The notes beneath the pieces are model-generated. The model did no database searches. It saw only the letters and a program-made list of their open reading frames with translations, and was not told the origin of the DNA. Positions 1 to 8,763 of a stretch of 64,000 nt of DNA are shown piece after piece. This DNA comes from an uncultured bacterium (lineage in GTDB: Bacteria > Margulisbacteria > WOR-1 > CAVSGV01). A program made the position numbers and the translations under genes. Position 1 is the first letter of the stretch. Each line of letters begins with the position of its first letter. The DNA lies in contig OY969425.1 in the NCBI GenBank assembly GCA_963699255.1, forward strand, positions 646,070 to 710,069. Direction: 5' to 3'.

Positions 1-22
1 AATAGATCTTTAAGTTTCATGG

Positions 23-1090
23 TCATTCGGATAAGGAATCCGATATTTTCCCCTTTGTCAAAAGGCTCCTGAGTCCCTGGTAAAATGACACACCCTTATC
101 GAAGATAGTATAGCTCACAGGTTCAAATGGCAGGTCATACGCGCCTATCCAGGACCTGACGGCTCCGTTAAAACCTTTTTTAAATCTATATACCCCGAAA
201 AGCGGATGTTTTTCGTCAGGGCTTGAAGGGATACCCCAAAGGTCATACACTTTAATCCCGTTTTCTTTCGCCCATTTTATCAGATGCCAGTGAAGGGCGT
301 GGTTGGGCATGACGTTCCTGTAATCATTGATCGATGCTCCGTACATGTACCAGATACGATCCCCGAACCTGAAAGCAAAAAGCGAGGCTACGGGGATGTT
401 CTGATATTCGGCGATAAAAACATTCGCCAGGCCTCTGTCGATGAGGCATTCCTTCAGCTTAAGGTAATACGACTGCGGATGTATGAGGAAAACATCCCTC
501 TTGCTTGTTTCGCGGTATATCTTATAAAAAGACTCGATGCCCTTCCCGGTCGATTCCTCTCTTACTCTAACGCCTTTTTTCTCCGCAAGCCTGATGTTAT
601 ACCTGGTTTTTTCCTCAAAGCTCATCAGAAGTTCGTCGAGCCCCTTTGTGAGATCTATAAAATAGGTCGTCCGCGGCTGCACCTGTTTGTGCTTGCGGAT
701 AAAACCCCTTTTATTAAGGATATTGACCGCCGCGGCATCCTTCTCGTCTATCTCGGGATCTATCTTCAACGCGATGGCGTTCCTCAGCGCCGCCTCCACG
801 CACACGCTGTCAACGAGGGCGTTGATCAGTCCGGGATCGGAGAACGGGACTATGGGGCCCCTGGGAGCATAGAAAAAGTTCTTTTTAACTACGGGGAGTT
901 TCCTGGATAAAATGGACATTCCGGCTTTTATCTGGCCGCCGTCCTCCACCGCTACTATGAAATGGTCCCACCCGAGTTTTGACTTGAACTCCCCCCACTC
1001 GTAGGACTGGAGTATCTGGCTGTCTTTCTGGGAGGCAACAAAATCATCCCATGCCGTCCTGTCATTTGCTGTTAACACCCTGACCTGCAT
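23..1090 (-). CDS. FemAB-family peptidoglycan bridge-formation aminoacyltransferase (FemX-like)
   Basis: 355 aa ORF. The translation matches the FemAB/FemX fold family (conserved FYAPRGP..., KYR/FKKGF motifs). Confidence 0.65.
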   Translation of the reverse strand: MQVRVLTANDRTAWDDFVASQKDSQILQSYEWGEFKSKLGWDHFIVAVEDGGQIKAGMSILSRKLPVVKKNFFYAPRGPIVPFSDPGLINALVDSVCVEAALRNAIALKIDPEIDEKDAAAVNILNKRGFIRKHKQVQPRTTYFIDLTKGLDELLMSFEEKTRYNIRLAEKKGVRVREESTGKGIESFYKIYRETSKRDVFLIHPQSYYLKLKECLIDRGLANVFIAEYQNIPVASLFAFRFGDRIWYMYGASINDYRNVMPNHALHWHLIKWAKENGIKVYDLWGIPSSPDEKHPLFGVYRFKKGFNGAVRSWIGAYDLPFEPVSYTIFDKGVSFYQGLRSLLTKGKISDSLSE

Positions 1091-1117
1091 AATAAGGCGA
1101 TTTTATCATACCTAAAA

Positions 1118-1160
1118 AAGAGATGCGAGATGAGAGATGGGAGATGAGATAAAAGATGTG
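1118..1160. repeat. heptanucleotide array (GAGATGN)x4-5 in the femX/trpG intergenic region
   Basis: AGAGATG CGAGATG AGAGATG GGAGATG AGATAAA AGATGTG. The same ~30-nt element recurs at 53029 and 59883. Confidence 0.6.
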
Positions 1161-1167
1161 ATATAAT
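1159..1167 (+). promoter_or_regulatory. extended -10 element (TGaTATAAT) 8 nt upstream of the trpG ATG, which implies a leaderless or near-leaderless transcript
   Basis: TGATATAAT read directly in the sequence at 1159-1167. The ATG is at 1175 and no SD lies between them. Confidence 0.35.
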
Positions 1168-1174
1168 CAATAGC

Positions 1175-1738
1175 ATGATCTTGGTAATCGACAACTATGA
1201 TTCATTCACTTATAACCTGGTCCAATATCTGGGCGAGCTCGGGGCTGAACTTCAAACCTACAGGAACGACAAAATAACCATTGACGAGATAAAGAAGCTG
1301 AACCCCGAAAAGATCCTCATCTCTCCCGGCCCCGGCTATCCGAAAGACGCTGGAATAAGCATCCCTTTAGTAAAGGAGTTCGCGGGCAAGGTCCCGATCC
1401 TCGGGGTTTGCCTGGGGCATCAGGCCATCGGGGAAGCTTTCGGGGGGCATATTGTCCAGGCGAAACGCTTTATGCACGGAAAAACATCACAGATCCATCA
1501 CGACGGAAAAACGATATTCAAGGGGCTTCCGGATCCGTTCACCGCAACAAGATACCACTCTCTGCTGGTTGAAAAAGCAAGCCTGCCTGACTGCCTTGAG
1601 ATAAGCGCCTGGACGGACCAGGACGAGATAATGGGATTAAGGCACAAGGAATACAAGGTGGAGGGCATTCAATTCCATCCTGAATCGATACTGACCACTG
1701 AAGGGAAAAAGCTTCTTAAGAACTTCTTGTCCCTTTAG
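1175..1738 (+). CDS. trpG: anthranilate/aminodeoxychorismate synthase glutamine amidotransferase component II
   Basis: 187 aa; class I GATase with GVCLGHQ and catalytic H/E motifs. No trpE is adjacent, so it may act as pabA. Confidence 0.85.
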   Translation: MILVIDNYDSFTYNLVQYLGELGAELQTYRNDKITIDEIKKLNPEKILISPGPGYPKDAGISIPLVKEFAGKVPILGVCLGHQAIGEAFGGHIVQAKRFMHGKTSQIHHDGKTIFKGLPDPFTATRYHSLLVEKASLPDCLEISAWTDQDEIMGLRHKEYKVEGIQFHPESILTTEGKKLLKNFLSL

Positions 1739-1982
1739 GTTTTTCCGGCTTGCTTTCCTTTTTGACTTCCGGCAGCTTGCCCGCAGGTTTTGTTTCGTGG
1801 AGTCCATCCTTCCTGTAATCGTTCACATAGAAGCCGGACCCCTTGAACACGATACCGGAAGAAGATATCAGGCGTTTAACATCCCTGCCGCATTTGGGGC
1901 ACTTTGAGAACGGTTTTTCCTTTATGCTTTGTTCGACTTCGAATATTCCGCAGTGAGCGCACTTATAATCGTAAAGAGGCAT
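1716..1982 (-). CDS. FmdB-family zinc-ribbon protein
   Basis: 88 aa; [12 protein letters not shown]...CPKCG double CxxC zinc ribbon. Confidence 0.7.
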   Translation of the reverse strand: MPLYDYKCAHCGIFEVEQSIKEKPFSKCPKCGRDVKRLISSSGIVFKGSGFYVNDYRKDGLHETKPAGKLPEVKKESKPEKPKGTRSS

Positions 1983-2027
1983 AGGTCAGAATATCAGGAA
2001 ATCAGAAGATCAGGGAAGACGATCTGA

Positions 2028-3299
2028 TTACTTGATTATCTTCACACCTCCCAGGTAGCTTATGAGAACGTCAGGGACCTTGATGGAGCCGTCGGGCTCC
2101 TGATAGTTCTCGAGGATCGCCGCGAATGTGCGCCCCACAGCCAGTCCGGACCCGTTCAAAGTATGAACGTACTCCGGTTTTGATTTCGCGTCCCTCCTGA
2201 ACTTTATGTTGGCCCTCCTGGCCTGAAAATCCTCAAAGTTGGAACATGATGATATCTCCCTGTACCTGTTCTCCGAGGGGAACCAGACCTCGATGTCGTA
2301 TGTCTTGGCGGCGGAAAACCCCAGGTCGCCGGTGCACAGGACAACTACCCTGTACGGCAAACCGAGCTTCTGGAGTATCTTCTCCGCGTCAGCCGTAAGA
2401 CTCTCCAGTTCCTCATATGACTTTGACGGCTCGACGAATTTTACTATCTCAACTTTATTGAACTGGTGCTGGCGGATAAGCCCTTTGACGTCCTTTCCGT
2501 AGCTTCCGGCTTCGCGCCTGAAGCAGGGAGTATAAGCGACATATTTTATGGGCAGCTTGTCTCCCGGAAGTATCTCTTCCCTGTGGATATTCGTTACCGG
2601 GACTTCCGCTGTAGGCGCGAGATAAAGGTCGTCGCTGCACTTATACAGGTCGTCAGCGAATTTCGGGAGCTGTCCTGTTCCGACGGCGCACTCAGCCGAT
2701 ACCAGGAACGGCGGTATGACCTCTGTGTACCCGTTCTCGTTCGTCTGGACATCGCGCATGAAATTAACGAGACCCCATTCAAGTTTAGCGCCAAGCCCCC
2801 TGTAAACGGTGAACCTGGAGCCAGCGATCTTCGCGCCCTGGGCCGCGCTGATGATCCCGAGCTTCTCCCCTAACTCATCGTGAGGTTTGGGTTGAAAATT
2901 GAATTTCTTGATCTGCCCCCATTTTCTCATTTCGACATTTTGCGAAGAATCTTTGCCGACGGGAACGCTCTCGTGAGGTATGTTCGGGAAGCAGAGAGAG
3001 ATATCGTTCAGCTCGGAAGAAAGCTTCTTCAGCTGTTCTTCTTTCTTTGATATGTCCCTGTCGATCTCCTGTACCTGGGCCACCAGATAAGTGACGTCAT
3101 CTTTTTCCCTTTTAAGTCTGGCGACATCCGCGGATAATTTATTCTTCTGGCCCTTCATCTGTTCCACGTCAAAAGTAAGCTGTCTCCATTTCTGGTCGAT
3201 CGATATCAGCTTGTCGGCAAGAGAGGGATCCATGCCCCTGTTATCAAGGGCACATTTCACGGCACCGGGGTCATCGCGAAGCAGTTTCGGGTCTAACAT
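2028..3299 (-). CDS. serS: seryl-tRNA synthetase
   Basis: 423 aa; N-terminal coiled coil plus class II aaRS core. Typical SerS motifs are present. Confidence 0.95.
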   Translation of the reverse strand: MLDPKLLRDDPGAVKCALDNRGMDPSLADKLISIDQKWRQLTFDVEQMKGQKNKLSADVARLKREKDDVTYLVAQVQEIDRDISKKEEQLKKLSSELNDISLCFPNIPHESVPVGKDSSQNVEMRKWGQIKKFNFQPKPHDELGEKLGIISAAQGAKIAGSRFTVYRGLGAKLEWGLVNFMRDVQTNENGYTEVIPPFLVSAECAVGTGQLPKFADDLYKCSDDLYLAPTAEVPVTNIHREEILPGDKLPIKYVAYTPCFRREAGSYGKDVKGLIRQHQFNKVEIVKFVEPSKSYEELESLTADAEKILQKLGLPYRVVVLCTGDLGFSAAKTYDIEVWFPSENRYREISSCSNFEDFQARRANIKFRRDAKSKPEYVHTLNGSGLAVGRTFAAILENYQEPDGSIKVPDVLISYLGGVKIIK

Positions 3300-3376
3300 G
3301 GCGGAATTATACTCCCTTTCTCACTTTGATTTCATTGGATTTTGTGATCTCCACTAAATAACCTTTTTTAAGGAGT

Positions 3377-4675
3377 TCATCTCTTATTTCGTCGGATCTT
3401 TTGTAGTCCTTTTTTGACCTTGCCGACTTGATCTCCGATGCCAGATTCTTGGATCTCTTCCGGCAGTTCTTTTAGCTGGACATTTAGCCCAAGTACATCG
3501 ATAACCATCTCTTCGAAAAGTCCGGTAGCCTGGGCCCAGATATCAGGAGAAGCATTATCCCGGCCGTTCAGCTCGAATATAATGTCGCAGAGCTTGAAAA
3601 CTGAAGCCAGAGCTTCAGCTGTATTGAAATCATTGTCCATTGATCTGATGAAATCCGCTTTGACCGCTTTAAGTTCTTTATCGCTGACGTCTTCTTTTCC
3701 GCATGAAGCATGCTCGCGTACTATGAAGAGGGCGCTGATCAGTCTGTCAAGCCCGCCCTTCGCGTTCTCAAGGTCGGCATCAGAGAAATTGATCGGGCTT
3801 CTGTAGTGGGTCGACAAAAGATAGAACCTGATCAACATGGGATTGAATTTCGCGAAAATATCCCGAAGAGTGAAGAAATTGCCGAGCGACTTTGACATCT
3901 TCTCGGAATTTACGTTGACGAACCCGTTGTGTATCCAGTATCTGGCGAAAGGCTTGCCTGTGTAGCACTCCGCCTGGGCTATCTCGTTCTCGTGGTGCGG
4001 GAATACCAGGTCCAATCCTCCGCCATGAATATCAAGAGTATCAACGCCAGCTTCTTTAAGTGACATCACTGAACATTCGATATGCCAGCCTGGCCTTCCT
4101 TTTCCCCACGGCGAATCCCAGCTCGGCTCCCCCTCTTTCGCGGATTTCCATAGAGCAAAATCAAGAGGAGCTTTCTTTCTCTCATCCACAGCGACCCGCG
4201 CGCCCTCTTTCAGGTCATCAAGTTTTCTCTTCGAGAGCTTTCCGTAATCTTTGAACTTGGCCACTTCAAAGTAAACATCACCTTCAATAATATACGCGTA
4301 TCCTTTCTTCACCAGACCTTCGATAACCCTGATCATTTCCTTGATATGCTCTGTCGCTTTGGGGTAAAAGTCCGCTTTTTTGACGTTCAGCTTATCCATC
4401 ACCTCAAAGTAAGAAGCTATATATTTCTCCGTGATCTTCCTGCACAGTTCGCTCACGGCTAACGGCTTACCGCTGACGGCATCTATCCCGTCAGCCGATT
4501 GCCGTAAGCTGTTTGCTTTGTTGATTATCTTGTCATCGATATCGGTGATGTTCTGTATATATTTGACCTTATAGCCCGAATATTTAAGGTACCGGCGGAT
4601 AACATCAAACACCACATAAGCCCTTCCATGTCCAAGGTGCGTCTCGTCATAAGGGGTGATGCCGCAGACATACAT
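3377..4675 (-). CDS. cysS: cysteinyl-tRNA synthetase (the 5' end continues in another frame up to 4749; see finding)
   Basis: 432 aa; HIGH (HLGHGRAY) and KMSKS motifs. The true N-terminus [22 protein letters not shown] is encoded upstream in frame, and the ATG at 4749 overlaps the cysE stop (TAATG). Confidence 0.9.
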   Translation of the reverse strand: MYVCGITPYDETHLGHGRAYVVFDVIRRYLKYSGYKVKYIQNITDIDDKIINKANSLRQSADGIDAVSGKPLAVSELCRKITEKYIASYFEVMDKLNVKKADFYPKATEHIKEMIRVIEGLVKKGYAYIIEGDVYFEVAKFKDYGKLSKRKLDDLKEGARVAVDERKKAPLDFALWKSAKEGEPSWDSPWGKGRPGWHIECSVMSLKEAGVDTLDIHGGGLDLVFPHHENEIAQAECYTGKPFARYWIHNGFVNVNSEKMSKSLGNFFTLRDIFAKFNPMLIRFYLLSTHYRSPINFSDADLENAKGGLDRLISALFIVREHASCGKEDVSDKELKAVKADFIRSMDNDFNTAEALASVFKLCDIIFELNGRDNASPDIWAQATGLFEEMVIDVLGLNVQLKELPEEIQESGIGDQVGKVKKGLQKIRRNKR

Positions 4676-4748
4676 GCTGACATTTGGCGGGTTCAGAGGC
4701 TCAAATATCTGATCGTCCCTGGTTAAAGTGTTGTAAATTTTAGCGGCA

Positions 4749-5357
4749 TTATTTCTTCAGCATCGATTCGAGTCTTGCAATGCGCTGGTTCATATCATCC
4801 AAAGCTTTTCCGACCGGGTCAGGAAGCTCTCCGTGCGCCAGAGGCTCTATCTTCCTGCCCTCGAGCACTACGATCCTCGCCGGATTGCCGACAACGGTCG
4901 ATTTCGCGGGGACCGATTTCGTGACAACAGCTCCGGCCCCTATTCTAGCATTGTCCCCTATATGTATATTGCCAAGTATTATGGATTCAGCGCCAATAAC
5001 AACTCCGTTGCCGATAGTAGGATGACGTTTGCCTTTTTCCGCGCCGGTGCCACCCAGTGTGACACCCTGATAGATCGTCACATCGTCGCCGACAACAGCC
5101 GTTTCACCTATAACTACTCCAACACCATGATCGATAAAGCACCTTTTGCCGATCTTCGCGCCGGGATGGATCTCGATCAAAGTAGAAAGCCTGCTGACCT
5201 GGGAAATAAAACGGGGAATTACGGGTATCTTAAGGTTGTAAAGAAAATGAGCAACGTTGTGAAACCATAATGCCCATAATCCCTGGTACATCAATACTTC
5301 AAAAATATTGCCGGCTGCCGGGTCCCTTTCAAATACCGCTCTTATTCCATCGAACAT
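4749..5357 (-). CDS. cysE: serine O-acetyltransferase
   Basis: 202 aa; hexapeptide-repeat left-handed beta helix plus a SAT N-terminal domain. Confidence 0.9.
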   Translation of the reverse strand: MFDGIRAVFERDPAAGNIFEVLMYQGLWALWFHNVAHFLYNLKIPVIPRFISQVSRLSTLIEIHPGAKIGKRCFIDHGVGVVIGETAVVGDDVTIYQGVTLGGTGAEKGKRHPTIGNGVVIGAESIILGNIHIGDNARIGAGAVVTKSVPAKSTVVGNPARIVVLEGRKIEPLAHGELPDPVGKALDDMNQRIARLESMLKK

Positions 5358-5373
5358 AAATTAACTCCTTTAC

Positions 5374-5901
5374 TTACCTGTCGAAAAAGGGATTCTTTCC
5401 TGTTACGGAAAGAGGTATTCCCATCGCTATTTTAACATCATTTCCCAGAAGACCAAGCTCCACCGCCGCCTTTCCTATCGAGTTCATCAGGCGGTTATCC
5501 GTCCTGTGGTCCATCGCAACGCTCAATGCCGAACCCAATGCGATCCCAAGGTCGATCGTATTGAACGCGCAAACAGCTTCTTTCGGCTTTGATTCACAAT
5601 CCTTGTATCCGCAATGTCCGCACGCCTTGATGCCAAGGATGCCAAGTTTCGTGCCTATCAGGACAACATGGCTTACACCCTTTAGATTTCTCGAGTCCCT
5701 CCTGAACGATTCCGATCCGCCCTGTTTCTCCCTGATCTCAAGCATCTTTTTCGCGAGCTTGCCTACCGTTTCATCCTTTGCTATCGCGGTTACGATATTA
5801 TCAACGCCCTTTGTCTTTGGCGCCGTGCGCGCGGCAACGCACATGTCTTCGGCGATATGGTCCAAAGCTTTTTCCTTGAGATCAGGTTCTTTGATAAGCA
5901 A
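5374..5901 (-). CDS. DUF2148 ferredoxin-like protein
   Basis: 175 aa. A CGHCGYKDC cysteine cluster and the overall similarity are typical of the DUF2148 family. Confidence 0.55.
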   Translation of the reverse strand: MLIKEPDLKEKALDHIAEDMCVAARTAPKTKGVDNIVTAIAKDETVGKLAKKMLEIREKQGGSESFRRDSRNLKGVSHVVLIGTKLGILGIKACGHCGYKDCESKPKEAVCAFNTIDLGIALGSALSVAMDHRTDNRLMNSIGKAAVELGLLGNDVKIAMGIPLSVTGKNPFFDR

Positions 5902-6903
5902 TCAGATCGCCTCCGCCATTTTCCTCAAGAGTTCAAGTTGCTGGGACGTGCCAAGCGCCACCATCACGTCTCCGTGACCGATGACAGTAGTGGCCCCCGG
6001 TTGAAGATTGAATTTACCCGTTCCCTGCTTTATCGCAAGGATCGTTGACCCTGTTTTCTGCTTTATCTCGAGTTCGGACAGCGTCTTTCCGATGAGCTTT
6101 GAGCCGTCATCGATCCTGTATTCCTCAAGCTCCAGCTCCACATTCTCACTGCGCATCACCATATCAAGGAAATCTACCGCCACGGGACGCAGCGCCATGG
6201 AAGCCATCCGGTTCCCGGCGATAAAATAAGGAGAGATCACCCTGTTCGCACCAGCTCTTCTCATTTTCGCTTCCGTGACGATAGTTGACGACCTCGCGAC
6301 TATATACAGGTCCGGGTTCATTTCGCGGGCGGATAAAGTAACATACACGTTCGCCGTATCCGAGTCCGCACAGGCGATAAGCCCCTTTGCCTTCATTATG
6401 CTAGCTGACTCCAGGATCTCATCCGCCGCCATGTCGCCTATGATGCACGGGATATTCTTGTCACCCAGTTCGGATGCGGTCTCAGGTTTGCTGTCCACCA
6501 CGATGTAAGAAACCTTCTCGGCATCGAACTCTTTCGCGACCTGGTGCCCCACCCTGCCGTATCCGCAGATAATATAATGCCCCCTTAACTCCGAGATCTG
6601 TTTTTGCATGCTTCTCATCCTCCTGTATCCGACTATTTGGCCTTCAACCATCATTTCAACCAGCTGACCTACCGTATAACCCACCGTGCCGACGCCGAAA
6701 ATGATCAGGCCCATCGTTATCAGCCTGCCGGCATCGGAGAGCTCGTGCACTTCCCTGAAACCGACCGTCGCAAGCGTGATAGTGACCATATAAGCGGCAT
6801 CAAGGAATCTCCAGTGCTCTATGAGCGTATATCCTTCAAGAGCAAGGGTGATTATCACGACCAGCACGATTATCGGCGGTATTATCCTTCTTAATGGGTT
6901 CAT
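5902..6903 (-). CDS. potassium channel protein with RCK/TrkA-N and TrkA-C domains (MthK-like)
   Basis: 333 aa; two TM helices plus a TVGYG-like selectivity filter (TVGFRE), a GYGRVG Rossmann motif and a TrkA-C domain. Confidence 0.8.
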   Translation of the reverse strand: MNPLRRIIPPIIVLVVIITLALEGYTLIEHWRFLDAAYMVTITLATVGFREVHELSDAGRLITMGLIIFGVGTVGYTVGQLVEMMVEGQIVGYRRMRSMQKQISELRGHYIICGYGRVGHQVAKEFDAEKVSYIVVDSKPETASELGDKNIPCIIGDMAADEILESASIMKAKGLIACADSDTANVYVTLSAREMNPDLYIVARSSTIVTEAKMRRAGANRVISPYFIAGNRMASMALRPVAVDFLDMVMRSENVELELEEYRIDDGSKLIGKTLSELEIKQKTGSTILAIKQGTGKFNLQPGATTVIGHGDVMVALGTSQQLELLRKMAEAI

Positions 6904-6910
6904 GGCTGTT

Positions 6911-7573
6911 TTATTTTAACATATAAACGGTAAAATCTCCCGGGTGGTAATCTTTTCTTATTATATACCTTTCGCAGACGGCTTTTGTCCATTTTATTAT
7001 TTCTTCTTCGGTAAAATAAACATACTTCTCCGATTCTGTCTCCATGCCCGGAGGTATCACATATATGGATGACTGCGCCAGGAAGTTCACCGCAGTGCCG
7101 AAGTTGCAAAGATTGAACATCCTTGAGATCATCCGGTTGACCGAAGCTTTGTGCGAGGAAATGTCCGCCATCCTTATGTTGAAGGCCCCTGAACTCATGA
7201 CGAAATCGTATTTTTTGCTGAACTTATCGTTTATCAGATCGACGACCTGAAAGTCAACCCCGGGGAATTTCTTTTGAGCAAAATCGACCATCTTTTTTGA
7301 GATGTCGATGCCGGCATATCTGATCTTCAACTTTTTGATCAGGCCGTTCGATCCCAGGAACTCGTAGAAATGCCCTATCCCGCATCCCACATCCAGTATG
7401 GAAAAATCCACTTCCTTGCGGGAGAAGGGGATCATGTCAAGAAGAACGAAGAACCTTACAAGCTGGCTTTCCTTGCTTTTCCAGTCCAGGGACAGGTAAT
7501 GGTCCCCGTGTTGTTCAAGCAATCCCTCGAAATACTTGGCGATCTTTTCTTTCCCGGCGATAGATTCGCTCAC
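6911..7573 (-). CDS. class I SAM-dependent methyltransferase
   Basis: 220 aa; ILDVGCGIGHF motif I. Confidence 0.75.
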   Translation of the reverse strand: MSESIAGKEKIAKYFEGLLEQHGDHYLSLDWKSKESQLVRFFVLLDMIPFSRKEVDFSILDVGCGIGHFYEFLGSNGLIKKLKIRYAGIDISKKMVDFAQKKFPGVDFQVVDLINDKFSKKYDFVMSSGAFNIRMADISSHKASVNRMISRMFNLCNFGTAVNFLAQSSIYVIPPGMETESEKYVYFTEEEIIKWTKAVCERYIIRKDYHPGDFTVYMLK

Positions 7574-7592
7574 TTTGTTCGCTCACTATAAA

Positions 7593-8618
7593 TCAAATAA
7601 GTCCTTCTTCGATCATTTTTTCGGCTATCAAGACGGCGTTCGTCGCGGCCCCGCGCCTTAGATTATCGGACACTATCCAGAGGTCGAGCCCGTTCGGTAT
7701 GGTTATATCTTCCCTTATCCTTCCGACAAAAGTCTCATCTTTCCCCACGCAGTCGATCGGGGTCGGATAGATCCCTTTTTCAGGGTCATCCATGACCTTT
7801 ACGGTCGGGAAGCTCTCCAGTATCTCCCTGACCTTTTTTACCGATATCTTCCTCTCCGTCTCTATGTTCACCGCTTCGCTGTGGCCGATGACCACCGGCA
7901 CCCTAACCGTTGTCGCGGTGACCTGGATGCTCATGTCCCCCATAATCTTTTTTGTCTCGTTCACCATTTTGATCTCTTCCTTCGTGTATCCGCTGGAGGT
8001 GAACGAATCTATCTGGGGGATAACATTAAAAGCTATCTGTTTCGGCAGAACATTCACTTTCGCTTTCTTGCCCGCGAGGACGGCCTTTGTCTGGACAAAG
8101 AGCTCATCCACGGCCTCTTTACCCCAGCCGGAGGTCGACTGATAGGTTGAAACAACTATCCTTTTTATCTTAGCGATATCGTGTATAGGTTTAAGCACCA
8201 TCAGCATCTGCGCGGTGGAGCAGTTCGGATTCGCGATTATCCCTTTGTGCCATTTCAGGTCGTAGGCATTCACTTCCGGCACGACAAGCGGGACGCCGGG
8301 GTCCATCCTGAAGAAAGAGGTATTATCGATAACGACGGCGCCTCTTTTCACGGCCTCGGGGGCCAGTATCTGCGATATTTTCGCTCCGGCGGAGAACAGG
8401 CCGATGTCTATCCCCTCGAACGAGCCGGGTTTCGCCTCCTCAACGGTATATTTTTTCCCTCTGAAGGTCACTTTTGTGCCCGCAGTTCTTGTGGAAGCGA
8501 GAGGGAGGAACCTGTCAACGGGGAATTTCCTCTCCTCCAGGACCTGCATCATTACTTTCCCGACCATTCCGGTCGCTCCAAGGACCGCTACATTATATTT
8601 CTTTTTTGCCATGTTCAT
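7593..8618 (-). CDS. asd: aspartate-semialdehyde dehydrogenase
   Basis: 341 aa; VAVLGATGMVG N-terminus with catalytic Cys and His regions. Confidence 0.9.
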   Translation of the reverse strand: MNMAKKKYNVAVLGATGMVGKVMMQVLEERKFPVDRFLPLASTRTAGTKVTFRGKKYTVEEAKPGSFEGIDIGLFSAGAKISQILAPEAVKRGAVVIDNTSFFRMDPGVPLVVPEVNAYDLKWHKGIIANPNCSTAQMLMVLKPIHDIAKIKRIVVSTYQSTSGWGKEAVDELFVQTKAVLAGKKAKVNVLPKQIAFNVIPQIDSFTSSGYTKEEIKMVNETKKIMGDMSIQVTATTVRVPVVIGHSEAVNIETERKISVKKVREILESFPTVKVMDDPEKGIYPTPIDCVGKDETFVGRIREDITIPNGLDLWIVSDNLRRGAATNAVLIAEKMIEEGLI

Positions 8619-8763
8619 CTCTCCTTCTATTTTTGGAAGTTGTAATTATAGCGTATATGCGGGGATTTTTCAAAATGCTTTCAGGTAGCGCAGAAAACCG
8701 CGAGAATAAATCCAGAAGGAACGAAGAAACGGATTATTGGGGTAAAACTGATCCCGGTTTTAG

